Below are positions 49,587-63,965 of a DNA stretch of 64,000 nucleotides, piece after piece. The position numbers and the translations under genes were made by a program. The stretch lies in the NCBI RefSeq assembly GCF_009914755.1, contig NC_060927.1. One strand, given 5' to 3'. Numbering within the stretch: position 1 is the first letter of the stretch; each line of letters begins with the position of its first letter. The notes beneath the pieces are model-generated. The model saw only the letters and a program-made list of their open reading frames with translations. It was not told the DNA's origin and searched no databases. Source of the DNA: the human T2T-CHM13v2.0 reference genome, Homo sapiens.

Positions 49587-50971
49587 GTAGAACTGTATTT
49601 TCTCTTTGTCCTGGAGACTAGAGGTTCAAGATCAAAGTGTTAGTAGGGTTGGTTCCTTCTAAGGCCTCTCTTCTTGGCCTGCAGATGGCTGTCTTCTTTC
49701 TGTGTCTTCCCATGGTCTTCTATCTGTAGAAATAGTGTTTTTTAATGGAATACATTTTTTTCTCATTAAGTTTCTATCATATAAAGTACTTGTGACATTA
49801 TGCTCTTAAACATGTCCCCATTTAAAATTTTTTTTGAGAAATTGCTATATTCTTTGCGTCTGTATTTGGTAATACTGTTTATTCATTAAGGTATAATTTC
49901 TGGTTCTGAATAAGATTAATACCATTTACGAATTTTAGATGAAATTTATACTGATCCTGGAGTCTAATACATGCTAAAATAACTAAAGCATTAGAAATTT
50001 TAGCACGCAGGCCCCAAAGGTATTTTCATTCTAAGCCAGCTAGTGTGATGATAGGTAACTAAAAATGGGTTGGTATGAAATTTTTTTTTAATTCTATATT
50101 CTGTTCTTTCTTCCTCCTTAATCCTTTCTTTAAAAAAAATAACTATAGATAGCAGTCACAATGAAGGCAACATAAATCAGACTGCCTTCTCTTCATTTTC
50201 ATTTTCATCTCCAACTGAGCTACTTTTTCTGAGCCAGGCAGCTACTGATGCAGATAGACAGGTGGGACGCAGAGGGTTTCAGCCAAGAGGCCTGTGGTGA
50301 TGCTTTCCTTCTTCTGAGACAAACTCAAGCCTAGAAACAATGGAAGGGAGCCCTTACGAAAGATTTGAGGAGCAGGTCACTGAGAGGAAAAAGACGACAG
50401 CCCAAGAATCCTATATTCATTCAACTTATTCACCAGTCACGCTAAGAAAAGGCTATTTGCAGATGGGCAAAAAGTGAGTGAACATTTGCATCTGTACAAC
50501 CTATTGAAGAAAAAGGCTTGAGGAATAAATATAAGCAAAGTAAAACTATAAAATACAGATTACTTTTAAAAGTTTGATCAATGTAACAGTATATCCCCAT
50601 AGTTGGAGTTCGTCCCTGTATTTCATAAATAAAATTTAGCAAGTTATATCTGCATAGGCAAATATTTTTAGAATCAAATTTCATTTACTGGGTCAAGTGT
50701 ATTATTTTGGACAATTTTTTTAAACGGAATCAAAACTCTATATGCATTTATATCTATGTGAATTAATTGATTTTATTTCCTGAGTATCCTAGTGATTTAG
50801 TTAGAATGATCCTGAGATTTGGAGTCAGAGTCTTAGTTTTAGTTCATCATTTACAAGTAGAGGCAAGTTACTAAACTGCTGTTATTTCCTGGTTTTCTTT
50901 GTCTTTGAAATATGAATCCTGTATTATAAATTGTTGGAGTTATTAGTGAAAAATAAATATATCTTAACAGG

Positions 50972-51084
50972 TATATTTATATAAATATTATGATATATAA
51001 CTATTATATAATATATAATTATATAAATATTATATATATATAAATATATATAATAGATAATTATAATATATAAATATTATAATT
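50972..51084. repeat. AT-only low-complexity tract
   Basis: About 110 nt of almost pure TA/ATAT runs. Confidence 0.85.
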
Positions 51085-51102
51085 AGCCATCAAGACTTTC
51101 CT

Positions 51103-51402
51103 AGCTGGGCATAGTGGCTCACATCTGTAGTCCTAGCTCTTTGGGAGGCCTAGGTGGGAGGATTGCTTGAGGCCAGGAGTTTGAGACCAACCTGGGCAAC
51201 ATGGTGAGACACCAACTCTATGAAACAACAGAAAAAAGGAGCTGGGTGTGGTGGTGCACACCTGTAGTCCTAGCTACTCAGGGAGCTGAGGCAGGAAGAT
51301 TACTTAAGCCCAGGAGTTCAACACTGCAGTGAGCCATGATCACACTGCTGCACGTTAGCCTAGGCAACAGAGTGAGACCCTATCTCTTACAAAAAAGAAA
51401 AA
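51103..51402 (+). mobile_element. AluJ
   Basis: Diverged dimer. Confidence 0.82.
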
Positions 51403-52455
51403 AGAATCTTCCCTTAGGAATGGTAGTGACTATATCTTCAAGATAATGGTTATAGATGTGGAGAGGAAGAGATCTTCTATAGAGGGAGACTTCATGGAGT
51501 AGAAAACTGACAATATTGCTATTAATATTTTATTGAATGTTGGGTATACATTATTATGTATTTATTTTCTATGTCTTAAATATTTCTTAATTGTTAAAAA
51601 AATCTTTCCTTATGAAATACAAAAAAAAATTAGTCATGAAATATCTTAACCAGTAAAATGTCTAGGATTTTTCTATTAAAGGACACTACTTACAAGGATG
51701 CTCTGACATGTATGCTTCCTAATTCTTCGCTTGCTTAGGATCTGCTTGAATCTGGCCCGTAAAAGTACTGTATTTATCCACATTCTGTATTGGTTTTCAT
51801 GGTGACTTAAATGCTTGTGAAAAAGTAACAAATTTCGTAACCCTGGGCTTGCGTTTCTGCATGACCACAATCAGTTGGTGCTGGGTGTCAGCTGCTTCCT
51901 TTAGTTGGGGCATGTGCTTCACAGTTCTCCACACTTCCCTGTGCTTTCTGATACTAATGTCAAATGTCATTTGCCATTTATCATCATAAATGTTTGCATT
52001 AATGGCTTGATACCTGTAGACAGTTTATGACTTTTATATTCAGTAGATATCACAGTTTTCTATTGATATTTTGCTTTGATATTTTAATTTGATGTCACAT
52101 ATTTCCAATACTTTATAAAGCGTGCTTACATACATTTTCCCTTAAACATATGACATAAAGTAGTCTTTATTGGTTGTCATCTCCTCCTTCTCTAATAACC
52201 AATCAGTCCTTTTGTTTTACCAATTAAATATTTCTCAAATCTGTGTTGTCCTGTTTGACCTTTCTGCTATTGTTTCAGCTCAGGCCCTCCTCTCACCTGG
52301 AATTCATTAATTGCCACCTAACTGAGCTCCTTGCCTCTAGACACATTCCTTTCAATTCATCCTCAAAAATATTGCTAGAGTGATGTATCAAAGTGCAGAT
52401 CTGATCACATCTCCCCTTTGTTTAAAATTTTTCTAAGTCTCTTCATCTTCCATGG

Positions 52456-52660
52456 CAGGGGTTGGCACACTTTAAGGTCCAGATAAATATTTTAGGCTTT
52501 GCTGATCCTAAGATTCCTGCTACAAATAATGAACTCTTATTGTTGAGTTGATCACAAAAGCCAGTAGGCACTATGTAAACAAATGGCATAGCCTATATCC
52601 CAGTAAAACTTATTTATGAAACCAGGCCACTGGTCCAGGTCTATAGTCTCTTAATCCCTG
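52456..52660. mobile_element. MER58-like hAT MITE
   Basis: CAGGGGTTGGCA...AAATATTTTAGGCTTTG...CCAGTAAAACTTATTTA...CCCTG. Confidence 0.65.
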
Positions 52661-53087
52661 TTCTGTGATATAATACGTTCTCCCAGTCTCCTCACTTGTC
52701 TCATCTACCACTCTTCCATCTTGTTTCCTATAGGTTTTCCAGAAGGACCATTCAAATTCTTAAACTTTTCTGAGCACAACATCTTCTTTCTGTATCCAGT
52801 TATTTAATTCTTTTATTCAAGCTGGGTTTCTTTTTACAAATAGCAAAATATTCTAATATATCACATAAATTATTAGTTTTGAAGTGATTATTTTCATATA
52901 TAAAACTGGGGTTATTTTGTTTATTGCTGACAACTTTATAAATATATTAATTGAAGTCTCAAGTATGGACAACAGTTTTTTTAACAGGTCTTTAGTAAAA
53001 AGTCATAGTCTTGACATAATTCATGATATAATTTGTTGTTGTTGTTTAATATGTTATCCAAAAATCTCAGAGTGTGGTCACTGGTAG

Positions 53088-53414
<327 letters not shown>

Positions 53415-53971
53415 TAGTTTCATTGTTATCAACTATATTGAATCAAGGTTCACTGAAAAAGCAATTTTAGGACAGTTCATAGGAGCCGGAAGCATATAAG
53501 CCAAATTGTGTCCTATCTTCATCACAATTGTTCCTTTAAATTCCAGTTAGGAAAGCAGAAAAGTGGTTTTAGAGTCTGACTTACCTCAAATATTGAACTT
53601 AAAGGTTGCTATTTAAATTCTCATAGATTGCTTGCCTGTTTCTATGTGCAAAGAAATAACACAACTTAAGAATATGTTGTTAAATGTGTGTGCCTTGCCT
53701 TGTTATTAAATTTCAGTTAATTATGTTATTGCTGATTGATACAATGTTGGATAGTAAGCAAAACTTTTTCTAGGAAAAAAAAATGAAAGAAGCTTATCAT
53801 TCTTGCATCATATATGCAAGTGCAAGATGTGATGGATTTTAATATAAATTATGTTAAAGCTCTTTAAATTTCCTAATATTTGCAAACAAATGCATTAATT
53901 TAAAACTCCATCAATTAAAACTGACCTGTAAAAGTCTTGTATGGTTGAATTTTTTTTTTTTTCTTTTTTAG

Positions 53972-54023
53972 CCACCAGCTGAACAGGCCAAAGCCAGACT
54001 ACAGCTGGTTCTTGAAGCTGCTG
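53972..54023 (+). CDS. RSRC1: Internal coding exon (52 nt, phase 0 in, phase 1 out) of arginine/serine-rich coiled-coil protein 1
   Basis: Poly-T tract plus TAG acceptor ending at 53971; donor CTG|GTAAGT at 54024. Translation [17 protein letters not shown] matches the recalled RSRC1 segment ...[29 protein letters not shown]... The rest of the window is therefore RSRC1 intron on the + strand. Confidence 0.93.
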
Positions 54024-54395
54024 GTAAGTGTTGATAATTAACTTTTATTAAATGAAGAAGTGACGAGTAAACCCTAGGCTGGTAGCATGCTTAGAAATGA
54101 GTAAAAAAAAAACACTATTTTTATATATCCTCACAAATTTATCAGATCTAGATTATATGTATGGCCATATATTATCTGAAATATTTATTGCCGCAGTATA
54201 ATGCTAAGTGTATTGCTAACAGGTCATTCTTTACCTTTTCATTTATAAAATTGGCTTCAGTTTTAGTTTTTTATTTTGATGAAGCCCAATTGATTAATTT
54301 GTCTTTTATGTACTATGGTTTTGGTGATGTGTTTAAGAATTCTTTGACTAATCCCAGATTATGATTTTTTTCTTACATTTTCTTTCTTTTGAAAG

Positions 54396-54543
54396 AAAAA
54401 TTAAAATGGAGGAGTTAGTCTTAAATGTAACATGTAAAACCATAAAACTTTATATTTTATGGCTTTTATTTATATAAAATATAACTTTATATTTTATGGT
54501 TTTACACTTTACATTTAAGACTAACTCCTCCATTTTAATTTTT
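54396..54543. repeat. Inverted repeat: 52-bp arms (50/52 complementary), 44-nt spacer
   Basis: 54396-54447 is the reverse complement of 54492-54543 except at two adjacent positions. Confidence 0.95.
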
Positions 54544-54886
54544 TAAATAAGGTGTAATGTTTAGGTTGAGATTTTCATTGTTCTAAAGAAAATGAGATCA
54601 GTGTCATTTAGTAATTTCCCTAATTACATTGGACTAACTCACTGGACTGTATGTTCTGGATACCATGTACTCTTCAAGTGCTGTATGTTTTATTTCTCAA
54701 GGTACTATAATGCTGTGACTTAGATTTTAGATACCATGTTCACTTGCATATAGACATTAAATACTTTACTTTTTTAAAAATATATAAGATCTATATTTTC
54801 TGAGTGCTGATATTTTACTTTGAATCTTAATGTGCTCTTCAAAAATGTATATAACTTATTCAAACAATAAGTTTTAATGAGTAGTA

Positions 54887-55285
54887 CAATAGTCCTCTCT
54901 TATACATGGTGGATGTCTTCCAAGCGTCCAGTTGGTGTCTCAAACCATGGGTAGTACAAAACCCTGTATCTATATCTATATTTATCTATCTATATATCTA
55001 ATTTATATCTGTATCTAGATACACACACACATATACACACGCTATATTTTTTCCTATACATACATACCTATGATAAAGTTTAATTTATAGATTAGGTAAG
55101 AGATTAATAATGATAATAAAATGGAACAATTATAATAATATACTTTAATAAATATAAATGTGGTTTCTTTCTCTCACTCTCAAAATATCTTGTACTGTAA
55201 TCACCTATTTTTGGACCACAGTTGACCGCAGGTAACTGAAACCACAGAAAATGAAACTGCAGCTGCAGATGATGGGGGACTACTG
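54887..55285 (-). mobile_element. MER44/Tigger7-type DNA transposon
   Basis: Terminal inverted repeats CAATAGTCC...GGGGGACTACTG flanked by TA. Confidence 0.75.
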
Positions 55286-56387
55286 TATATATTTCTTAAA
55301 ATTTTTTACTATAAAGAGCTCATAATTTCAAGCTGGAAAAATGAGAATTCTATTTTAACATCAAAAGTAATTTCAGACCACCAAATGATAATAGTTATAT
55401 TTTTAGGATTCATTGATCAAGAAAATACATATGTGCATATTGATTAAAGGATCTCTTGCATTAGTTCTTTGTATTCTCATTTAAAGTGTCCACAGTCTAA
55501 AGATTGGGAACTCCAGTATGATCGGTATACTAGCTTCCTGAATTACTAATAGAAGTAACTTACCATGTAGGTAAAAAGATTGGCAATGTTTTAGTTTTGA
55601 TGAAGTGTCTCTATACTCCTCCTTATTACTCTAAAAATAATTCATAGTTTATGTTTTTATCTTATTTATCTTTATGTAGAAAACATTACTTACTAAAATT
55701 TTGTTAATTTTTTTAATATTTTCACTCAAATAAAATATACTGTAGGATAAATCTAATTAATTTGATTCTATATCATTTACATAATATGCATGGCATTTTG
55801 CTTTGAAAAAATATTTGCAGCTCCTAATTGAGTATTCCAGCTCATAATTGAGTAAACCCTTGCTTTGAAGGAAAATATTTATGTTGCTTAGCACAGAAAA
55901 CATTTGTTTCCACAAATGCAATTTTAAATAATTTTATTTCATAGTTTTATTCAGTTTTTTAAAAATATTTAGTATGATTTTGAAGCACATTAGAAAATAG
56001 ATGTGATACTCCAGACCTCACAGTGTATAACTTGCTTATATCCATCTGAGTTGTCATCCCTAACATTTAACTTCAATGTTCTAAATTGTATCTAAGGATA
56101 AAGAGCTAGATTCTGTGAATTTGAGAAGCATCCAAAATTATGACAATTTTCAAGTTAAAAAATTTATTTTGGCCTAGGCCCGATAAGCAAAAGACAGACC
56201 TTAGCTAAATACTCAAGTTTTTAAGTCACTCTTTTTTATTGAATATTTATGTTGTTCAACTTTTCCCTCTTACCAATAACACTGTAATGAACACCCTCTT
56301 ATACATTGTGTTAGTCATATTCTATTTTATTTTGGGGGGATTTGTTACTATAGAAATGAGTTTATGAGGTCAGAGGGTATTAACATT

Positions 56388-56450
56388 TCAGGTTGGTCCA
56401 AAAGTAATTGCAGTTTTGGCAAAACCTCAGTTACTTTTGCACCAATTTAA
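56388..56450. mobile_element. MADE1, centrally deleted
   Basis: AGGTTGGTCCAAAAGTAATTGC...AGTTACTTTTGCACCAATTTAA. Confidence 0.8.
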
Positions 56451-57689
56451 TAGAATGGCTTTTTGTACATTTTTGCTGTATTGTTTTATAAAGCTTTGTG
56501 CTACTTTTCATTGCCACTGGTTAAGTAATCGTTTTACTAGAATTGCTTTTTGATACCAGTTCCGTGAATATGTTGCTGTATAATATGATATAACATATTA
56601 CACCTTTTTGAAAAATATCCAGTATTGTTTTTAATGAGAACTTGTGGCATAGTAGAGGGCAAGTAGATGGATAGGTAGGGGAAGAGTACATAGCTAACTT
56701 ACTGTCAAGATTCTAGTTGTCTTTTTGGTGATGAATTTTAAGGTGTTCATTATATTATTAAAAATAAGCAAATAAATAAGAAGAACTTGAGACCTGTCTG
56801 GTAAGTTTTGCAGTCCAGCCTAGTCTCAAGGTTGAGATAAATGGATAGGGAAGTCTAGTAGTACCCATTGTCACATTGGAGTTCACTTAGGTTCCTAGGA
56901 AAAACACCTTGATTTGGGGGCCTTAAAAGTGGCCATGGGCAAAGACTTCAGGCCTTATGCTAGATTCTTGACGCAGGATTAATTTTAGCCTTACAAGCAG
57001 CATAACTTGATAGATAAGGTTAATATGTAGAAATCCTACGATTAGACTTAGTTGTTTACTCTAGCTCTGAGTCCCAGAAGAAAGTTTTATATTTAACTAT
57101 TGCATCGTAATTGATATTAGTAAATGTTAATAATGTTATTGGTTTGGAATTAAAATCTGTTTCGAATATTTAGCCACGATTTTTAGTGGTATGATTCTGA
57201 AAGGCATATGAAGGACTAAAATAAGATTTAAAAAAATGTACCTATAGGGTGTTATGATTATTATATCAAACATAAATTTGAGTCTGAGATTTTATTGTAT
57301 TTGGGTTAGGAACATACTTTATATGTGCTAAACTATTACATATTTGTACTTTGGTTCAAAACTTTGAACATTTTCTTTGACTCTTTTATAGGCGATAATT
57401 CACCTGGACTTAATTATTCTGATTTTGTGTAATTTTTTTGTATTTATCCCTTTATTGTCTCTCCCACTGCCATCTCCTTAGTCTAGATGCCAAACATTTC
57501 ACTCATGGCTTATTCCATTACCTCCTAATTGGCTTCCTGCTTCAATTCTATTACTTCTGTAGCGAGACACTAATGAATAGTGGAAAGATCCTAAGCCTGC
57601 CATCACCACTTGTTCTGTAACTTTGAGCAGTTTAATGTTTATTGTTTAGCCAGAACAGAGGGTTTTTTTAATCAAATATGACAGATGTG

Positions 57690-58300
57690 TGTTTTTTTCT
57701 AGTTCATTGAGGTGAAATTTACATAACATAAAATTAATCATAATTGCTTAAAATGAACAATTCAGTGGCATTCAGTACATTCACAGTGTTGTACAACCAT
57801 CAATTCTATCTAGTTCTAAACATTGCAATCACTCCAGAGTGAAACCGCTTACCTACTAGCAGTTTCTCCCCAGTTTCCTTTCCCCCAAGCCCTTGACAAC
57901 CACCATTCTCCCTCTGTCTCCGTTTGTCTATTCTGGATATTTCATATAAATGGAATCCTATAATCTGTGACCTTGTGTGTCTGGCTTCCTTCATTTAGTA
58001 TGTGTGTGTATGTGTGTATATATATATATACACACAAACATACACACACACACACACACACACAACTTATTAATCCATTGATAAAATTTGGGTTGTTTCT
58101 ACCTTTATTCTATTGTGAGTACATTTGAATATGTGTGTATATGTACTTGTTTGAGTACCTGTTTGGAGGTTTTTTAGGTGTATACCTAGGAGGGTGATAG
58201 TGGGGTCATTTGGTAATTCTATGTTTAATTTTCTGAGAAACCACAAAACATTTTCCATAGCAGCTGAACCATTTTACTTTCGCACCAATAGCAGTGTATA
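57690..58300 (-). mobile_element. L1MB 3' fragment with (TA)/(CA) microsatellite
   Basis: ATTGAGGTGAAATTTACATAAC...GTACATTCACAGTGTTGTACAACC; minus-strand peptide WFLRKLNIELPNDP. Confidence 0.75.
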
Positions 58301-58554
58301 AAACAGTTCTCTATTGCCTCAACTATACCATATCACACATTTAAGTTACCTATTTGAAAGTATTTGTATTTGGGGGCTTCTCTTTACCATAATTTCTTTA
58401 TCTGTAAGAGCGAAAGATAATAACTACCATGTTGGACTGTTATGAAAATAATAACACATGAAATACCTAGCCCAGAGCCTGAAAAGTGGTAGCCACCAGA
58501 AAATTTGTATTTCATCTTGATTTTTGTAGACACCACTGCTAGATGATTCTTTGG

Positions 58555-60677
58555 TGTTATCGGATCTTTGGGGTGTTGCTTTTCTGGCTGGAAAACTCTG
58601 TGCGGCTGCTGCAGCAGAGCAGGTGGCAGCATGGGCACCAGCTCTCTGAGAGGCTGCAGCTGGTCCGGGCACACTACAAGCAGCTTCCACAGCTGGCACC
58701 GGGAACACGGTGGCACCCGGAAGCTTGAAGATCCCAGGAACTGCAGGGTCCCAAGGAGGGAGCCACAGTCCTGGTTCTAGGAGCTTCCAGGTCTGAGCTC
58801 CCCCAAAGCACCACAGCTCTTCTCTCCTTCTCTTTGCCTGCAACATGGTGAGCAAGGAGCATGTCTCAGTCCTGTTTGTGTTATAGCTCTTTTAGCTTCC
58901 CTATTCATTGGATCCTGAGTTCTTGTCCTGCAACCAGGAAGAATAAGGTACACAGACAAGTGGAGGGTGAACAAGATGAAGAGGGGCTTATTGAGCAATA
59001 GAACAGCTCAGAGGGGACTGGCAGAGGGCAGCTCTTTCCACAGCCAGAGTATCCTAATGAGTGTTCAGCTCTTAACAGAGAGTAGCTCCTCTCTGCTAGG
59101 CAGGTGGTACCAACAAGTGTTCAGTTCTCAGCAGAGAGGGTAGCTCCTCTCTGCTATTGGTCATCCCATGGTCTGCAGCTCTCTGCAGAGAGAAGGCCCT
59201 GGAGTGGATGTCTTCCCTCTGCAGGCAGGTTGTCCCATCATGTCTGCAGCTCTCAGCAGAGAGGAAGCCCTAGAGTTGGTGGCTCCTCTCTGTAGGCAGG
59301 TCCTCCCCTTGTCTCTGCAGCTCTCAGCAGAGAAGGTAGCCTCTCTCTGCAGCTGGTCCTCCCATCTTCTCTTCATCCTCTGTTCCGCTTTGGCTGAGCC
59401 TGGGGCTTTTATGGGCCTTAGAGGGGGAGGAAATACACACTGATTGGTCCATGGGCAGGCCCAGAAAAGGCACCACAAGTCCCCACTCCGGTCCATAGGA
59501 CTGGCAGCCCAGCTGCCAGCCTTCAGGCCCTCTCTGGATTGAAGGTAGGGCCTCACCTGTCCCCCTCTGCCCAGGAGACCTTCTGCCTCCTGCCGCCATC
59601 CATGACACACAGGCTGCTTGCAGTAAGGGGCACCTGCAGGCCAGTGCCCAGCCACCCTCAACCCTCCACCTTCAGCTTCAGCCGTAACTTGTGTTTGTTA
59701 GTGCCCAAAGTCTGGAGGGGGCCAAGGCAGCAAAGGGCTGGTGTGTCCATGCTGCCCCATGCATGCAGTGTGCACATACCTGGCGGGGCTGTGACAGCAC
59801 CTAGGCTTGGTCCCAACCCTGCTCTGAGATTGGAGCAGGTGCCAGGAGTGGAGAGAGGCCAGGCAGCAGGAGCAGGCACCCTCAAGCCTGCAAGGGCAAG
59901 GCGGAGGTCTTCCTGAGCTAAGAGTGCAGAGAGACCTGGGTCCACAGCCCCAACTTGGGGGCTGCAGCCATGCTCAGGAGGGCAGGGCTGCTGCCTGCTC
60001 CTGGCCTCTGTCAGCTCCATGGAGCATGCAGCCCCAGCTGCGCCCCCTCACAGCCTGGGGTGGGGGTTCCAGGTTCTCACTGGGCCCAGGCTGGCAACCA
60101 GGGCAGGAGAGATGTCTCCGCAAGCTCCCCCTGTGGCCCTGGCTCTCAGGGGTGGCCCGGAGCTCCTCCTCACCCATGTGGCAGCTTTTCTTGATTAAAG
60201 TGGCAGTTGGGGGTGCCTAGGGCACCTCTCGGAGTGTGCCTGGCCATTGGGAATGTCAGGCCTGGCGGTCACCCAAATGTGGGGCAGACAGACCCTGGGG
60301 ACATGGCCCCAGGCAGCCCTTGGCAGAGCATCCTCCCAAGGTGCAGGAACCCAGTGTCCTCAGCAGGACGGCTGTGTTGCTGGCCAGGTCCTCGAATTGG
60401 GCACCGCTGGCCCCCAAAGCATGGCCTCAGCTCCTGCACCCTCCTTCCCTGCAGTAGCAGTGGGCAAGAGCAGCGACATGGTGCCAGGTCCAGAGCCACA
60501 GAGGCTCTGGGCCTTGGGGCGGGTCTCAACCAGCCATAGGAGGGTGGAGGCAGCACAGCCGGCTGCCTTGGGGACACGGGACACAGGGGACCCACTACCG
60601 TTATTGCTGGTCCCGTAGCCACTTCTGCCACCACCACCCATGCCTCCCCCACTGTGGACAGCCCATTGCTGCCATCA
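58555..60677 (-). mobile_element. Long GC-rich ERV1-class solo LTR, MER52 family
   Basis: TG...CA termini with 4-bp TSD TTGG (58551-58554, 60678-60681). Ends resemble the recalled MER52 consensus; internal degenerate tandem repeats GCAGCTCTCAGCAGAGAGG at about 59020-59360. Confidence 0.8.
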
Positions 60678-61168
60678 TTGGGTATCATATGTTAATGCCA
60701 CTCCTTTGCTCAAAATTACTCAGCGGTTCTCAGTTGCTTACAAAATCAGTGTTATGTTTCTATGCTTAAGGTTCTAAAGTTCTATATGGTAGATCCACAG
60801 ACTTTTCTAACTTTATCTTCTAGAATTCATTACTGTGCTTTTTCCATTGGTCTTCAAGTTTCCCGTATTCTTTTCTACCTGGGAAGCTTTGCACATTGTT
60901 TTTCTCTTCTATAAATGCCTTCTTTCTTCCTTTTCCCCCTCTCCAAACACTCCAAGGCTCTTCTAAAACAAGATTTCCACATCTTTTCCCTGACCATTCC
61001 AGTACCTAATGTTTCTCTCCTCATTTGAATTCTTTTAGTCCTGTCTTTGCACACCATTTATATTGATGTTGATTCATACACTGCTGATATTAATATTTAG
61101 TTGTTTCATGAATGTTATACTTATTTTTCCAATGAAATAAACTTCCAAAGGTCAGGAACTGTATATTT

Positions 61169-61460
61169 ATCCAGACATGGTGGCTCACTCCTATAATCCC
61201 AGCACTGTAGGAGGCCAAGATGGGAGGATCATTTGAGCCCAGGAGTTCGAGACCAGCCTAGGCAACATGGTAAAACCCTGTCTCTACAAAAAAATACAAA
61301 AATTAGCCAGGCATGGTGGCACATGCTTCTGGTCCTAGCCTCTTGGGAGGCTGAGGTGGGACATTGCTTGTGCCCGAGTGAAGTCAAGGGTTCCGTGAGC
61401 TGTGATTGCGCCACTGCACTCCAGTGTGGGTGACAGAGTAAGACCCTGTCTCAAAAAAAA
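61169..61460 (+). mobile_element. AluJ
   Basis: Diverged dimer. Confidence 0.82.
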
Positions 61461-62371
61461 TAGAAATTACATTTAAAACTTCTACATCTTTCCCAGCAGT
61501 TTTAACAATACCTATAGTAGTACTACATCAGAGAACATTTTAGCTGTTAATCTTTTGTAAGTAAGTCATTGTAGAGAAACAGAGGATCTAGCTGTCTGAA
61601 AAACATTTAGATGCTGATGTGCTCATTTTAACTGCTGTTTGATGGATTTTATAATAAATATACTAAGATGTTACCTAGCTTCAAAAGCAGAAGATATATG
61701 ACATAACCTGACTTTTTACACTTAAACTTTAAGACAGCGCTTGACAGAAAAGACAGTAAAACATGATTATTTCACAGGGGATGGAGGGAAAACAGGAAGT
61801 TTAGGTAAGGACTCCTTTGTCTCCATCACTTTTGCTGTTGCCTTTGTTTGTCTTGATAGCCCCATTCCAAACATTATCTAGATTTTCTGCAAAAACGTAT
61901 TATCATCTTATCCCAAATGTGTCCATGGGTCTAAAGAATTTAGAAGAGAGATTTTTCCAAAAGATATTTTTTATCAGTATGAGAAGACAATACCTGTAAC
62001 ACAATTTTCTTTGAAGCCTTCTCAATATTTTACTTTTAATAGAATTGACACATGCACCTTTAAAATTATATTTCTAATGTTATAAGAAAAGGTAGAAATT
62101 TCTTTTTGTACATATGTGGTAAAACAACTTATAAAATCTCTGCATAACAGTATTTCATTTTCTGCATAGTATCTACAACCTTTGGATTGTACCTTATAGT
62201 TTTCAAAGCACTTTAATAAATCTTTATCTTTTGACTCATATCACTGCATGGAGAGTTAATTAGGTCCAGTTTACAAGTATTCTGAAAGCTTAAATGACTT
62301 GTAAAAAGTTACAGAGCTAATAAGTGATAGAATCAGGACTTAACTCCAGTGATTTCTGACTCTCCAGCTAC

Positions 62372-62676
<305 letters not shown>

Positions 62677-63599
62677 CTCGAGCTACTTCTAATTCATAAG
62701 TTAAATACCTGAGTTATGTTAGGCAGAAAGGCAATAGATAATATTACAAAATGCATAACCTTATTCTATAAGACTTCCTTCTACAATTATCTTAAAATAA
62801 AATAATTTCTATCCTCAAGTAAGCCTCTGATTCTGAAGTAAGTTTTCTTATTGATACCACAAAGGGATTAAAGCATCATTTAGGAACAATAAGTTATTTT
62901 CCTTGACTATGTAGAGTGTTTATAGTAGCTAAATTTATAACTTTGAAAAATCTAAAGTAATGTTTTATGATTTTTTTCTAACACCTAGCTATGGAAGTGA
63001 ATTTTAGGGACCCTTCCTAGGAGAGAAACTGGTTAAGTGTTATCAAAACACAGATCAGTTATACATACTGTATCCAAGTAATAAGCTTTGCTGAGTAGTA
63101 CGCCATAAGTGCCTCACCCCATCCCAATTTTTCTGCAGCCTGTTAAACTGAGATTTTATTCTCTTAGTTGCCTATTAAGTACCTGGAAGCCAAGTCCTGA
63201 CCCTTTCTCTTCATAGCCATGTGATCCTTAGGACTCCCAACACTTCTCTAAAGTCCGTTGTAGTGTTAAATATGTGTAATTCAAAGAATTACAAATCAGA
63301 TTGCTTTGATAATGTTGTACTGTTTCCGGGGAGCATAGAAAGCTGCTCTGCTTTACCCTGATCTAAAGCTGAAAGAGGTTTTGTCTGTAGGTTTCTGACC
63401 ACTCACTATCTATGGCTCCGAGAAATAGTACTGATTTATTGTGAGAGAGCCTTTCATGTTAGGGCAAACCCCCCAAAAAGAGCAGGAGATTGAAACGTTT
63501 ATTTTTATTTCATATAAATAGTTTACAGACTTCTTTTTTCCCCTATATAGGCTTATGCTTGATTGTGTTTTGGTAGTCCAGATTTATATTGTTTCACTA

Positions 63600-63928
63600 A
63601 CAAACTGTGAGCTTGAGCAGATCACTTTTTATTTACTGTCCTGTAGTTTCCTCATCTGTAAAACAGAGATACTAATAGTACATAACTAATGGGTTGTTGT
63701 TATGGATTTCAATGAGTTAGTATTTATAAAACACTTAGAGCAGTACCTGATACATAGTAAGTATTCAGTTAATGTTAGCAGTAAGTATGAAAGACAATAT
63801 TGTATGGTGGTGAAGTCCTCAAGTCAGGGGGCTTGGGTGCCATTCCTAGCTCTCATCTTTACTGATGAAACCATAGGAAAATTGTTAAAACCTGCTGAGC
63901 TTCAGTTTTTTATTTACAGAATGGGAAA

Positions 63929-63965
<37 letters not shown>

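Noticed and set aside
50972-51084. Palindromic AT-rich repeat (PATRR)
   Set aside because: Short and only loosely self-complementary; ordinary low-complexity DNA.
59020-59360. CRISPR-like repeat-spacer array
   Set aside because: Degenerate tandem repeats within a human LTR; the spacers are related to each other and there are no cas genes.
58384-60688. Cluster of 100-166 aa ORFs and apparent CpG island or gene start
   Set aside because: They coincide with a TSD-flanked LTR; long ORFs on both strands reflect GC richness, CpGs are depleted, and no protein family is recognisable.
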